A DNA stretch of 31,398 nucleotides from a virus (IMGVR_UViG_3300020043_003881:1-31398), one strand, 5' to 3'. Positions 1 through 8,024 are shown, counted from the stretch's first letter. The notes: a model not told the origin generated them from the letters alone. Numbers and translations are program-made.

Positions 1-806
1 CCGACAAAATATATATCCAGGCCATTTTTCTTTGTCGGTAAATACCAGCGGGCAGAGCCCTCTTGCGTGTGGTTGCCTTGCCACTCCTTCAGGGCTTCCA
101 GCCACTTGCTCTAGCAATAGATAAAGGAGTGAGGAGCAAAATTTGTCTAGATTATTTTTAGTATCTTTGTTTTTTTCCGATGGCAGCACCACCAGAAGCG
201 ATTGTCCGCTGTACTTGTCTTGCGCCAATCCAGTTTGGTAAAAATGGTTTTACTTTTAATGTCACCTGATTAATACAAACATAAGCAAGAGCCATTGCTA
301 GTGCAGAGTCTGCGTGTGAATCCATGTTGTCTGGCAACTCTACAGATCCTTTATCTGTTAACTGTAGTGCTCGTAGCTCTTGGTAAGTAATCATATCTAT
401 TGTTCTAATGTAACCATCCTGTATTACTTGCTTTAAGTTTTCAAACATTTCAGTCTTTGATTTAGATGTAGTTAACCAATCTTTACCATCGCGCTTCCAT
501 GTATTATAATATCCTAAGTGTCCTAGCTCATTTAAAACAACGTTGCCAAAGTTATTAGATTCGATTAGCACTAATGCTTTATTGTAATCTGTAGCAATTT
601 CTTGTAATCGTTTAGCAAGAGCTGTAGGGATAATTAGCTTGGAGCGGTAGATAGCAACGCAATTATATGTTTTTTTACTAACAACATAAATCACAGAGTA
701 GTCTCTATTGACACCAGCAGCTACGTCTACGCCAATGGCGTAGGCGTCATCTTTATCTGGCCTACAGAAAACATTCCATTCTATTGGCTCCACAGGAACG
801 ATATCG
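1..806. repeat. Terminal direct repeat, left copy (matches 30593-31398)
   Basis: Base-by-base comparison: ungapped match at offset 30592 with 20 substitutions over 806 nt; implies a circular or terminally redundant genome of 30,592 bp. Confidence 0.97.
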
Positions 807-1672
807 AGATCGCCAAAGTCATCTTTGTTAAAATAAACATTTCCTGTCTGACTGTAGGCATCATCAATATCTGCAGGAAATTCTCTCTTAAATTTATCTA
901 GCCCAATTTTTGATATTTTTTCTCTACGCCATGCAATTTGCTCTAGTGACAAACTATGAGTCTTTGCTAAAGTAGCTTCGAATTCTGTTGGTTGAATATC
1001 TGTATTAGGTAAAGAATATTCTTTATGAGTAAACCAAGGAAAGAAAAGCTGATTCCAATCAGCTTCACCGCGCAAGCCTTTAATCCATTCTTGATGTAAA
1101 GCATCGTTAAAATAATTTGCTGTAGATTCTATGATTAACTGTCCATCGTTCAAAGCATTTAGAGCAGTGGCTTTTAATTCTTCTGGATTTGGTGCAAACG
1201 CATATTCTGATATGTGAAGATACGAACAAGTAAATGAACGAATGCCACCTTCGGCTCCTGCGGATACTGCGATTATCTTTGCGCCAGAGTCTTTAAATTT
1301 TATCTCAGTAGTATTGCTTACTTCTAGTGGCTTCTGTAGAAAGCTTGGCAAGTTATCATAGAAACACTTATGCATTGTTAACAGATGCTTAGAGCTTGCA
1401 AGCTTATGTGATAGAATAGCAAATGTGGTAGGGGTTTTACTTACATATGTTTTCCAAAAGAAATACGCAGCAACAATCGTGCTACTTCCTATCTGGCGAC
1501 CTTTAAGAATCAGGGTCATCTTTCCAGATTCTAATGCTTCTATTATTTTTATTTGCTCATCATTAGGGTGTAGCGACTGCAAAACTCCAGATTTATTTAT
1601 TATTTTTAATCTTTTTATAAATTCTACCGGATTATTTAATACTCGTGCTAACTCTGCTTTTGTTTTAGCCAT
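158..1672 (-). CDS. terL: Terminase large subunit
   Basis: 504 aa; Walker A LKGRQIGSST, Walker B LHISEYAF, coupling motif ESTAN, RNase H-like nuclease motifs IGVDVAAG, IESNNFG, HADSALA; upstream of portal on the circular map. Confidence 0.95.
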   Translation of the reverse strand: MAKTKAELARVLNNPVEFIKRLKIINKSGVLQSLHPNDEQIKIIEALESGKMTLILKGRQIGSSTIVAAYFFWKTYVSKTPTTFAILSHKLASSKHLLTMHKCFYDNLPSFLQKPLEVSNTTEIKFKDSGAKIIAVSAGAEGGIRSFTCSYLHISEYAFAPNPEELKATALNALNDGQLIIESTANYFNDALHQEWIKGLRGEADWNQLFFPWFTHKEYSLPNTDIQPTEFEATLAKTHSLSLEQIAWRREKISKIGLDKFKREFPADIDDAYSQTGNVYFNKDDFGDLDIVPVEPIEWNVFCRPDKDDAYAIGVDVAAGVNRDYSVIYVVSKKTYNCVAIYRSKLIIPTALAKRLQEIATDYNKALVLIESNNFGNVVLNELGHLGYYNTWKRDGKDWLTTSKSKTEMFENLKQVIQDGYIRTIDMITYQELRALQLTDKGSVELPDNMDSHADSALAMALAYVCINQVTLKVKPFLPNWIGARQVQRTIASGGAAIGKKQRY

Positions 1673-1917
1673 TAGTTATCCATACCTCCTGACAGATAAG
1701 CATCTAACATTTCATCTGATAATTCGTCAACATCTTCTATAACTTCTAGAATGCTTTTAGAATAAGCAGATACCATTTTATTGACTTCTTCTAGTCTAGC
1801 TTTGCCTTGCGTATATTTCTGTAAAGTAAGCAAAAGAGAGAGCTTGAGGCCCTCATCGCCATTAGTCTCTCTTACCCACTTTCGTAATTTTACAACATAA
1901 TTTGGTGGCCTAGGCAT
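1672..1917 (-). CDS. Hypothetical protein, possible terminase small subunit
   Basis: 81 aa, helical-looking, acidic C-terminus; stop overlaps terL start (TAATG coupling); GGAG RBS. TerS call rests on position only. Confidence 0.45.
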   Translation of the reverse strand: MPRPPNYVVKLRKWVRETNGDEGLKLSLLLTLQKYTQGKARLEEVNKMVSAYSKSILEVIEDVDELSDEMLDAYLSGGMDN

Positions 1918-1931
1918 GTTATTCTCCGATC

Positions 1932-2258
1932 TTATGGTACAGAATTTTGTTTGTTTAATATAGATTTTATTTCAATCAGGGCCTTTTTTAGTTCCTGATG
2001 CATATACTGTTTTGTTTTAGATCTGGAGTTACCCATCTGCTCTAAGGTCTTGCCTTCAAAAAAATATTCTGTCAAAAGAAGTCTGTATTTTTCACTTATA
2101 ACTTCGAGGGCTAAATGTACATTCGGACCTTCATCCGGTTCAGGAACACCATCAATAAGATCTATTAAACTATCTTCTACGTTTGGACCTGGATTATCTA
2201 GCATCCAACAATCTTCACCAACGTAGACGTATCTCCAATCGCTTTTAGTCTTAGACAT
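1932..2258 (-). CDS. Sigma-70 region-4-like HTH protein lacking region 2
   Basis: 108 aa; ISEKYRLLLTEYFFEGKTLEQMGNSRSKTKQYMHQELKKALIEIKSIL follows the sigma region 4 pattern; AAGGA RBS. Confidence 0.7.
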   Translation of the reverse strand: MSKTKSDWRYVYVGEDCWMLDNPGPNVEDSLIDLIDGVPEPDEGPNVHLALEVISEKYRLLLTEYFFEGKTLEQMGNSRSKTKQYMHQELKKALIEIKSILNKQNSVP

Positions 2259-2314
2259 GATGTTCCTTATATATAATATAGTAAATAAATAGTAGTTTTT
2301 GTTATATTACTTAA

Positions 2315-2740
2315 TTATTTTCTAATATTTATACAGCCGGGTTTTCCTACATATATGCTTAGTAGGTAAGCTTCTTGCGCTTCTGCTTCTGCTTTATTTT
2401 TATATTTTCCTATAATGGTCATATCAAAAAGATTTTTAAAGGCTTCTTCGCCAAGATTATGGAATAATTCCATCATACGTTTGTTAGCCTGTCCTCTCTT
2501 TATATCAGCAAAGTGCTGCGTTTTTCTTTTAGAAAGACCTTGTGATGTGTGCCCAAAGTAATATTCCGAACCTATTCTTATAACGTATGTTATATTTTCT
2601 TTTATATTTTCACGATATTTTTTATCATATTCTTTATTGTAATCTTTATATTTTACACGATATTTTTTTAATTTTTCAGGATTTTCTTCGCGCCATTTTT
2701 TTGAATATTCTGCTTTTTTAACTTTTGCTTCGTCTAACAT
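2315..2740 (-). CDS. GIY-YIG family homing endonuclease-like protein
   Basis: ITYVIRIGSEYYFGHT (GIY-YIG variant), KRKTQH arginine helix, EAQEAYLL catalytic Glu, CIN terminal Asn; Lys/Tyr-rich N-terminus. Start moved to ATG at 2740 because GGAGG lies just upstream. Confidence 0.75.
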   Translation of the reverse strand: MLDEAKVKKAEYSKKWREENPEKLKKYRVKYKDYNKEYDKKYRENIKENITYVIRIGSEYYFGHTSQGLSKRKTQHFADIKRGQANKRMMELFHNLGEEAFKNLFDMTIIGKYKNKAEAEAQEAYLLSIYVGKPGCINIRK

Positions 2741-2794
2741 CGTAGCCTCCATCGGCACTTTATTGTACCGCGCTTTTTATTTTTACTTTAACAG

Positions 2795-3005
2795 GGCCGG
2801 GTACTGTACCCGGCCTAGCGACTGTCGCTTCGCTCCAGCCTACAAGAAGAGCTTCAAGCTTTATCTTTTTCCTGTAGGTAGTGCCTACGGTCGAAGACCT
2901 TTTGTGCGACGAGGTATAATGACCTTGCCTCTCCAGCATCGCCTCCGGCCTCTTGCGTAGCAATATATAAAGGAGTGGCGAGCAGAAATCGTCCAGAATT
3001 TTTTA
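2795..3005 (-). other. Non-coding cassette B (bipartite motif + hairpin cluster + inverted repeat)
   Basis: Motif TGGACG-N17-CTTTATAT at 2995-2965; GCC-GGA-GGC hairpin 2941-2949; GGTC/GACC hairpin 2889-2899; CCTACA stem about 2839-2878; perfect palindrome GGCCGGGTAC-T-GTACCCGGCC 2795-2815. Confidence 0.85.
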
Positions 3006-3081
3006 AATAAATTTTAAAATAAATTCCACGATGGAGTTCAAATCTATTATTTTTTAGACATTAGGTACAAGAGAGGTTCAC

Positions 3082-3606
3082 ATGGCAATAATCACTACCA
3101 ACTACAACATGATAATAATGCACATTGCAGAATGTATTTCACACGGAAGAGGCGAAGCACTTTCTCTCCTAAGAGAAGAATATAGCGATGAAGATATTAT
3201 CAGAGATACTTATATTCACGCACTCGTTGCAAGCGATGAGGCATCTAAACAATTAAGAGCTTATTACGATGGCTGGAAAGGTCCAGAGGAAGAAGCAAGA
3301 ATGAGAATATCTATGGTTTGCAAATCATTTGTATCAAGTAAAGCAAAAATAATCAAAAGAAGAAGAGAAATCTTGCGTGAAAATGGCGAAGCTATAATTG
3401 CAGCCACACACTCTTCTGATTCAGAGACAAAACTAGCAAAGCTTGTGTTGGGCCTGCCAATCAATGATTCTGAAAAGACTATTCTTTGCTGGAGATTAGA
3501 TATGATTAAACAAGAGGAAGCGATGAACGAACTAGGACTTTCAAGAGCTTCGCTTTATGGAAGATGGATTGAACTAAAAACAAAACTACAGGGGTTATTC
3601 ATATGA
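3082..3606 (+). CDS. ECF-type sigma-factor-like protein
   Basis: 174 aa; DEDIIRDTYIHAL resembles ECF region 2.2 (AEDxxQETFxxA); LPINDSEKTILCWRLDMIKQEEAMNELGLSRASLYGRWIELKTKL resembles the region 4 HTH; GAGG RBS. Confidence 0.65.
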   Translation: MAIITTNYNMIIMHIAECISHGRGEALSLLREEYSDEDIIRDTYIHALVASDEASKQLRAYYDGWKGPEEEARMRISMVCKSFVSSKAKIIKRRREILRENGEAIIAATHSSDSETKLAKLVLGLPINDSEKTILCWRLDMIKQEEAMNELGLSRASLYGRWIELKTKLQGLFI

Positions 3607-4067
3607 TGAAAATTTGCATTTGCTGTAAGATAGAAAAATCGTCCACTGATTTTGGTGTTAATAAAAGTAGAAAAGATGGTTTGAATTATTATTGCAAAGC
3701 TTGTGTATCTATCAAAGATAAAGAAAAAAATAAAAAACATGCTGAAAGAATAAAAGTAAGAAAAGCAAAAGCTCGTCAAAGTATAGATGGTAAATATCAG
3801 ACATATAAAGATGCTGCCAAAACTCGTGGTATGGTTTTTGATCTTACAAAAAATGATTTTGAAACATTTTGGCAAAAACCATGCTATTATTGCGATGCTC
3901 CAATGAAAACAATCGGAATAGATCGTAAAGATAATAGCATTGGATATACGTTGGATAATTGTCTATCATGTTGTAAAATATGTAATCTAGGAAAACACAC
4001 TAGCACTTATGAGGAGTACGTCGAGCACTGCAAAAGAATGGCAAGAAAATGGGCCGATGCTATATAA
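3603..4067 (+). CDS. HNH-type endonuclease with N-terminal zinc finger
   Basis: CICCKIEK...DGLNYYCKAC zinc finger; PCYYC...GIDRKDNSIGYTLDNCLSCCKICNLGK His-Me finger core; ATGA overlap with the upstream gene. Confidence 0.85.
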   Translation: MMKICICCKIEKSSTDFGVNKSRKDGLNYYCKACVSIKDKEKNKKHAERIKVRKAKARQSIDGKYQTYKDAAKTRGMVFDLTKNDFETFWQKPCYYCDAPMKTIGIDRKDNSIGYTLDNCLSCCKICNLGKHTSTYEEYVEHCKRMARKWADAI

Positions 4068-4127
4068 AAAATATTTTAAAAAAATTAACCAGAAACACAG
4101 GATTTCTGCTAATTAAGTATCATATGA

Positions 4128-4262
4128 TGTCAGACACCAATTCCGGTTTCTGGCAAAAGATAAAACAACAATTGCTTTTTGTTATTCTATACAGTCAGAG
4201 TCAGACCCCTCCCCAATCAATAAGCCACTCGGTGAACCTCCCGAGTGGCTTTCTTTTTTATC
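4128..4262 (+). ncRNA. Candidate small RNA in convergent intergenic region
   Basis: TATCAT -10-like box 4118-4123; 5' hairpin 4128-4155; C-rich CCCCTCCCC 4206-4214; ends in an intrinsic terminator. No family recognised. Confidence 0.35.
4222..4262 (+). terminator. Rho-independent terminator, possibly bidirectional
   Basis: Perfect 11-bp stem AAGCCACTCGG/CCGAGTGGCTT with 8-nt loop, then TCTTTTTT; lies between convergent transcription units. Confidence 0.85.
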
Positions 4263-4275
4263 TTTTTTATTTTTT

Positions 4276-4530
4276 TTACTTAACAGACTTATCGCCTCTG
4301 CAACCCCAACGTTTACGGCTTAGATTGTTCGGAGTGTTAGGATCATTCTGCTGTTCTTTTGATAAGCCTTTCTTAATACCAGCAGATCTGGCACAATAAC
4401 TATCGGCACGTTTCGATCCTTTTGGTGCAATCCTGTAACCCTTGGCACCATAAGAAACGGTTTTCTTTCTACCGGTTTCTGGATCTTCTACGACCTTAAC
4501 AGATTTCTTTCCTTCAGCGGGCTCAGCCAT
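4276..4530 (-). CDS. Small basic conserved phage protein
   Basis: 84 aa from MAEPAEGKK (GGAGG RBS upstream); R.DSYCARS...DPNTPNNLSRKRWGC pattern recalled from uncharacterised phage proteins (DUF6321-like, unverified). Confidence 0.75.
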   Translation of the reverse strand: MAEPAEGKKSVKVVEDPETGRKKTVSYGAKGYRIAPKGSKRADSYCARSAGIKKGLSKEQQNDPNTPNNLSRKRWGCRGDKSVK

Positions 4531-4921
4531 TTTTCCTCCTAGTAATTTGTATGTGCGGATAATCTTTAAACTTCTTCCAATTTCCGCCCCACTCAATATC
4601 CCATTCTGCACTTTCTTCCATATCATTCCAGGTATCTAAGATGTGTTCTCCAATCTCTTTAAATGAGTCGAGATCATCCCAGTCCAACGGGTAAGGGACA
4701 AAGTCAAAAGCCTGTGATGGAAGCTTGTTATGTTTGCTTGTAGGAAATTTTAGTTTGCTATTACCAGACTTAAAAGCAGCATCTTGTTCAGCCTTTCCTC
4801 TATGACCGCAGATTACTGTAAAGTCTTTAGGGCTTGTTTCTAATGCTTTGTTAGCAAGCTTCTGTAGGGCTTCTTCGCAGGTCGATAGATTTCCGAGACT
4901 GCGTTTTGAAAATTTATACAT
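4523..4921 (-). CDS. Endolysin, peptidase M15 family (L-Ala-D-Glu peptidase-like)
   Basis: SKRSLGNL, DFTVICGHRGKAEQ, SKHN...AFD, WGGNWKKFKDYPHIQ zinc-peptidase motifs; next to holin-like gene. Confidence 0.92.
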   Translation of the reverse strand: MYKFSKRSLGNLSTCEEALQKLANKALETSPKDFTVICGHRGKAEQDAAFKSGNSKLKFPTSKHNKLPSQAFDFVPYPLDWDDLDSFKEIGEHILDTWNDMEESAEWDIEWGGNWKKFKDYPHIQITRRKNG

Positions 4922-5078
4922 CTTTATAAGCTTCAGATATTTTATGTGCTAAATCATAAAGAGCTTGCACTATTACTGTTATTTCTTCTTTTGTTAATCC
5001 ATCTTTGCTTAATGATGCAATCAAAGAAATTGTTTTTACACCACTAAGAATTAAATTTGCGCGTTCTTTATGTGTCAT
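4914..5078 (-). CDS. Hypothetical 54-aa protein in lysis module (absent from ORF track)
   Basis: Hand translation MTHKERANLILSGVKTISLIASLSKDGLTKEEITVIVQALYDLAHKISEAYKDV; GGAGA RBS, TAATG coupling to holin stop, overlaps endolysin start. Confidence 0.8.
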   Translation of the reverse strand: MTHKERANLILSGVKTISLIASLSKDGLTKEEITVIVQALYDLAHKISEAYKDV

Positions 5079-5347
5079 TATCTCTCCTTTAAAATTGCAT
5101 GTTTAATATCTTTAACATCATCTTCAACTTTTTCTAAGCGTCTGCTCATCACTTCAACAGCGTCAACGAAAACCTTTCTGTTAGCTCTGCTTTCTGTAAT
5201 AAAACCATCCATTATTTTTTCTTGGGCGGGAAGAGAATACTTGACAAGAAAATAACCAAAGCCAAACATACAAAGAAGCGAAACAGCCACCGCCGAAGCT
5301 GGACCAGAAATCGCTGATACCAAAAGGCTAACCGTTGCAGCATCCAT
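5078..5347 (-). CDS. Putative holin (N-terminal TM segment + coiled coil)
   Basis: Hydrophobic stretch SAVAVSLLCMFGFGYFLV followed by charged coiled coil MSRRLEKVEDDVKDIK; upstream of endolysin. Confidence 0.6.
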   Translation of the reverse strand: MDAATVSLLVSAISGPASAVAVSLLCMFGFGYFLVKYSLPAQEKIMDGFITESRANRKVFVDAVEVMSRRLEKVEDDVKDIKHAILKER

Positions 5348-5551
5348 TTATTTATCCTTCCCAGCATCTAACATAGCTCTTACAATCGGCCTACAAACAG
5401 AGACCAAGGGTGAACTAGAGCTGGTTTCATCGTAGCTAAGAAGAAGAGCTTCCCATTCTGCATCAGTAAAAACAACAGCTATGCTTATTCCTGGTTCGTA
5501 ACCATCTTCGCTATTTTGATATTCACCGCGATTAACAAAATCTATTTTCAT
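5348..5551 (-). CDS. Hypothetical protein
   Basis: 67 aa, AAGGAGG RBS, tiles the operon. Confidence 0.75.
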   Translation of the reverse strand: MKIDFVNRGEYQNSEDGYEPGISIAVVFTDAEWEALLLSYDETSSSSPLVSVCRPIVRAMLDAGKDK

Positions 5552-5560
5552 AAAACCTCC

Positions 5561-6337
5561 TTAAGCTATTTTGGTTACGATATACTTTATTCTCATTGAG
5601 AAGGCGCCTGCCGTGGTGGTCAACGTGCCATTGGTTGACAGTAATATTCCAAGACTTAGCTGACCAGTTGTTGCAATGTTCCACTGTCCACCATCTAATC
5701 TTGAGTTTACTGAACCCCCTGGTGCCGCAGAATAAGCCGCCATCATAACACCAGATTTATACATCGTATTTGTAGGTCCACCACTAAATGCAGCAGTTCC
5801 TACACCTCTAACCATATTCGCAACAGAAGCAACAGCACCAAGGTTATCGGCTCCCCAACCACCAACACCAGGAGTACCGACAGAAGATGTTAGGCAATAA
5901 ACGCCGCTTCCTCTAAGTGTTCCTAATACTGTGCTTGTAGGGTTTTGTATAACAGAAGTGCAAACCAAGTATTGTCTTGCCAAACCTGGACTTATCTGAT
6001 CTATTGTTACCGACAAAGTAAATGTATCTCCGGCTAATACTGGAGAGCCATCAGCATAGGTAAGTAGCTTATGCCACTTTGGACCTGTAAAGTTTGAACC
6101 AGATATTATGGAATATGTTTCGTTAGCTACGCCGATTGTATTGACGTTAAATGTATGTATATCGTTTGTGCTATTATAAGAATAACTTGAAAGAGCTACA
6201 CCTGCTGTGTTAGTAAATGTATAGGAACCTCCGTTAAGATCACCCAAGGATTGTATAGGATCTATTGGTGTCGGTGAAGGAACCACACCTCCAATCGCTC
6301 CACCGGTATAAGGATCAAATACGCGTGATACTGGCAT
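5561..6337 (-). CDS. Putative virion fibre/receptor-binding protein
   Basis: 258 aa, Gly/Ser/Thr-rich with beta-strand character; N-terminus MPVSRVF resembles that of the 337-aa neighbour. Confidence 0.55.
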   Translation of the reverse strand: MPVSRVFDPYTGGAIGGVVPSPTPIDPIQSLGDLNGGSYTFTNTAGVALSSYSYNSTNDIHTFNVNTIGVANETYSIISGSNFTGPKWHKLLTYADGSPVLAGDTFTLSVTIDQISPGLARQYLVCTSVIQNPTSTVLGTLRGSGVYCLTSSVGTPGVGGWGADNLGAVASVANMVRGVGTAAFSGGPTNTMYKSGVMMAAYSAAPGGSVNSRLDGGQWNIATTGQLSLGILLSTNGTLTTTAGAFSMRIKYIVTKIA

Positions 6338-6338
6338 T

Positions 6339-6533
6339 TTAAAAATCTCCCCAGCTTCTAAGGCTGTCTGTTGCCGCTAGTACATCTGCCATGCTTTCGA
6401 TTATCCAAATGGTTCCGAAAGCGTTTATGGAAGTGTATAGTTCTGTTGGATAAATAGTTTCTAGCTCGTCACAAATGGTTGACCAAGTAGGTGAATAGTG
6501 AACTTGAGCCTGACCTTCTACAATGATAATCAT
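6339..6533 (-). CDS. Hypothetical protein
   Basis: 64 aa, GAGG RBS, ATGA overlap with upstream gene. Confidence 0.7.
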   Translation of the reverse strand: MIIIVEGQAQVHYSPTWSTICDELETIYPTELYTSINAFGTIWIIESMADVLAATDSLRSWGDF

Positions 6534-7543
6534 AGTGACCTCTCAAAAATGCTAATCTTTTTAATCCGAAATGGAACATCATTAGCTTGAATGCTGCCGG
6601 TAGATCTTGAACAGTATGCAACCATCCAAAGATTATTGGTTGTTCTTCCGGCAGTAAATGTTGAAGGTAATGAATACGTTGTTGTCGCATTCATGTTACC
6701 TGCTGGTGCAGATCTAACAAGAGAACATGTATTATTAGAATGCTGATTTAGACAACCGCCACCTAATGTATTCCAAGTTGTTGACATTCTAGTTGAGCTT
6801 GTATTAAAGAATGTATTAAATGGAGCCGCTGCAGTTTGAAAGGAACCTTGAGGATAAGAACCAGCAGCAAAGCCTGAAGGTCCAAATGATATCGCTCCAA
6901 TCTCTGATGTTCTTCCTAAGCTTGTAGGTATACTTGTATGCCTATATCCGGTAAAGTTTCCTTGAGGTCTTGGTGTTCCGTTAGCTGCCCATAGATCCAA
7001 GTTATGTAGGAAGCCAACGTTCATATAGCTGTACGCTGTTTGTGCATTTGATACAGATCCATTTAACCAAAGTGGTTCTATATCGACCACGACCTCATAT
7101 TGAAGTTGCTGGAAATAAGTGTCCCCTTGAAGTTTTGTGGAAAGCGTTCTTAAATCTATGCCTAGCATTGGAACTGCGATGTTTGACCAATACTGAAGAC
7201 CAAGCTCACTTGTTACAACATCAGGAAGAAACTCAAGTTTGCCAGATTTTATTCTCTGAATACCGCTAGCACCAATGCCAGCAGCGCACTTAACCGCTTT
7301 GATTGTAGCAGTCTGTGCGCTTGTAGACCCACCGGTTACGGGGATTTGGTAATCACCGTCAACCTTTAAGTTTTGATCCGGCATTTGAGAGAAGTCAAAC
7401 TGTGCAAGAAGAGAGTTGTCTATATAGACTGTAGGACCAGGAACATCGACGTATACGGTCGGACCTGGCACGTCAACATGCACAGTCTGAGATTCAACTT
7501 TGATAATCTCTTTTGTTTTAGAGAAAGCACGTCCAAGAGGCAT
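6530..7543 (-). CDS. Putative virion fibre/receptor-binding protein with VDVPGPTVY repeats
   Basis: 337 aa; N-terminal VHVDVPGPTVYVDVPGPTVYID stalk-like repeat; Ser/Thr/Gly/Asn-rich C-terminal domain. Confidence 0.55.
   Translation of the reverse strand: MPLGRAFSKTKEIIKVESQTVHVDVPGPTVYVDVPGPTVYIDNSLLAQFDFSQMPDQNLKVDGDYQIPVTGGSTSAQTATIKAVKCAAGIGASGIQRIKSGKLEFLPDVVTSELGLQYWSNIAVPMLGIDLRTLSTKLQGDTYFQQLQYEVVVDIEPLWLNGSVSNAQTAYSYMNVGFLHNLDLWAANGTPRPQGNFTGYRHTSIPTSLGRTSEIGAISFGPSGFAAGSYPQGSFQTAAAPFNTFFNTSSTRMSTTWNTLGGGCLNQHSNNTCSLVRSAPAGNMNATTTYSLPSTFTAGRTTNNLWMVAYCSRSTGSIQANDVPFRIKKISIFERSL
7424..7477 (-). repeat. Tandem 27-nt repeat encoding VDVPGPTVY x2
   Basis: Peptide identical, DNA diverged at third codon positions. 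Confidence 0.85.
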
Positions 7544-7547
7544 CGGA

Positions 7548-7973
7548 TTACTCCGACCAGACGATACAACTATTTGCTAAAGTTACAGTTCCAGAGTCAG
7601 TTTTAATAAAAACATAAAGTTTTTCTGTGCCAAAGAATTGTTTAAGTGGGAGCTTAAATTCGTATGCACAAGTTCCGGTAGTTGCGGTAGTTAATCCAAC
7701 AGCAATATCGGCTTCTGTATCTGGAAAGAATGTAAAATCTCCAGTGGGATCGCAAGTAATCCTAGCAGTAATTTTAGCTGCGCCACCAGCAATAGCTGTT
7801 ACGCGAACGTAAAGACCTTCAACGTATCCAAAAAATGCTGATCCTTGATAGGCTAAGTTGCCATCAAGACCAAGATCATGTTCGTGGAATTTTGCTACGT
7901 CAAAAGCTGTGCCAGCAGACGTTCTATTTAGAGTAACTGTTGAGCTGTGATAAAAATTTCCTGTTTTAGCCAT
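7548..7973 (-). CDS. Putative structural protein
   Basis: 141 aa, beta-rich, Thr/Ala/Gly-rich; first gene after a class II motif. Confidence 0.55.
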   Translation of the reverse strand: MAKTGNFYHSSTVTLNRTSAGTAFDVAKFHEHDLGLDGNLAYQGSAFFGYVEGLYVRVTAIAGGAAKITARITCDPTGDFTFFPDTEADIAVGLTTATTGTCAYEFKLPLKQFFGTEKLYVFIKTDSGTVTLANSCIVWSE

Positions 7974-8000
7974 AAACCTTCTCCTTCTTCTTCGGGGTTA

Positions 8001-8021
8001 TATAATAGTGAATAAGTCAAG
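8001..8021 (-). promoter_or_regulatory. Class II motif (putative late promoter)
   Basis: CTTGACTTATTCACTATTATA upstream of the 7973 operon; related to four other intergenic copies. Confidence 0.7.
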
Positions 8022-8024
8022 TGA

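Noticed and set aside
158-180. Programmed frameshift at the A-run near the terL end reading into cassette A
   Set aside because: The open frame is +1, whereas the A-run would favour -1, and there is no equivalent site in the other cassettes
2839-2880. CCTACA...TGTAGG stems as CRISPR (Cas12a-like) repeats or a mini-array
   Set aside because: The copies are kilobases apart, not tandem; they lack the AATTTCTAC core; no cas gene is present
2308-4119. TAATTAAGTA present at 4110-4119 (+) and 2317-2308 (-)
   Set aside because: Only two copies of an AT-rich 10-mer, compatible with chance
4049-4399. 116-aa + strand ORF
   Set aside because: Runs through a terminator and T-tracts and overlaps an antisense gene
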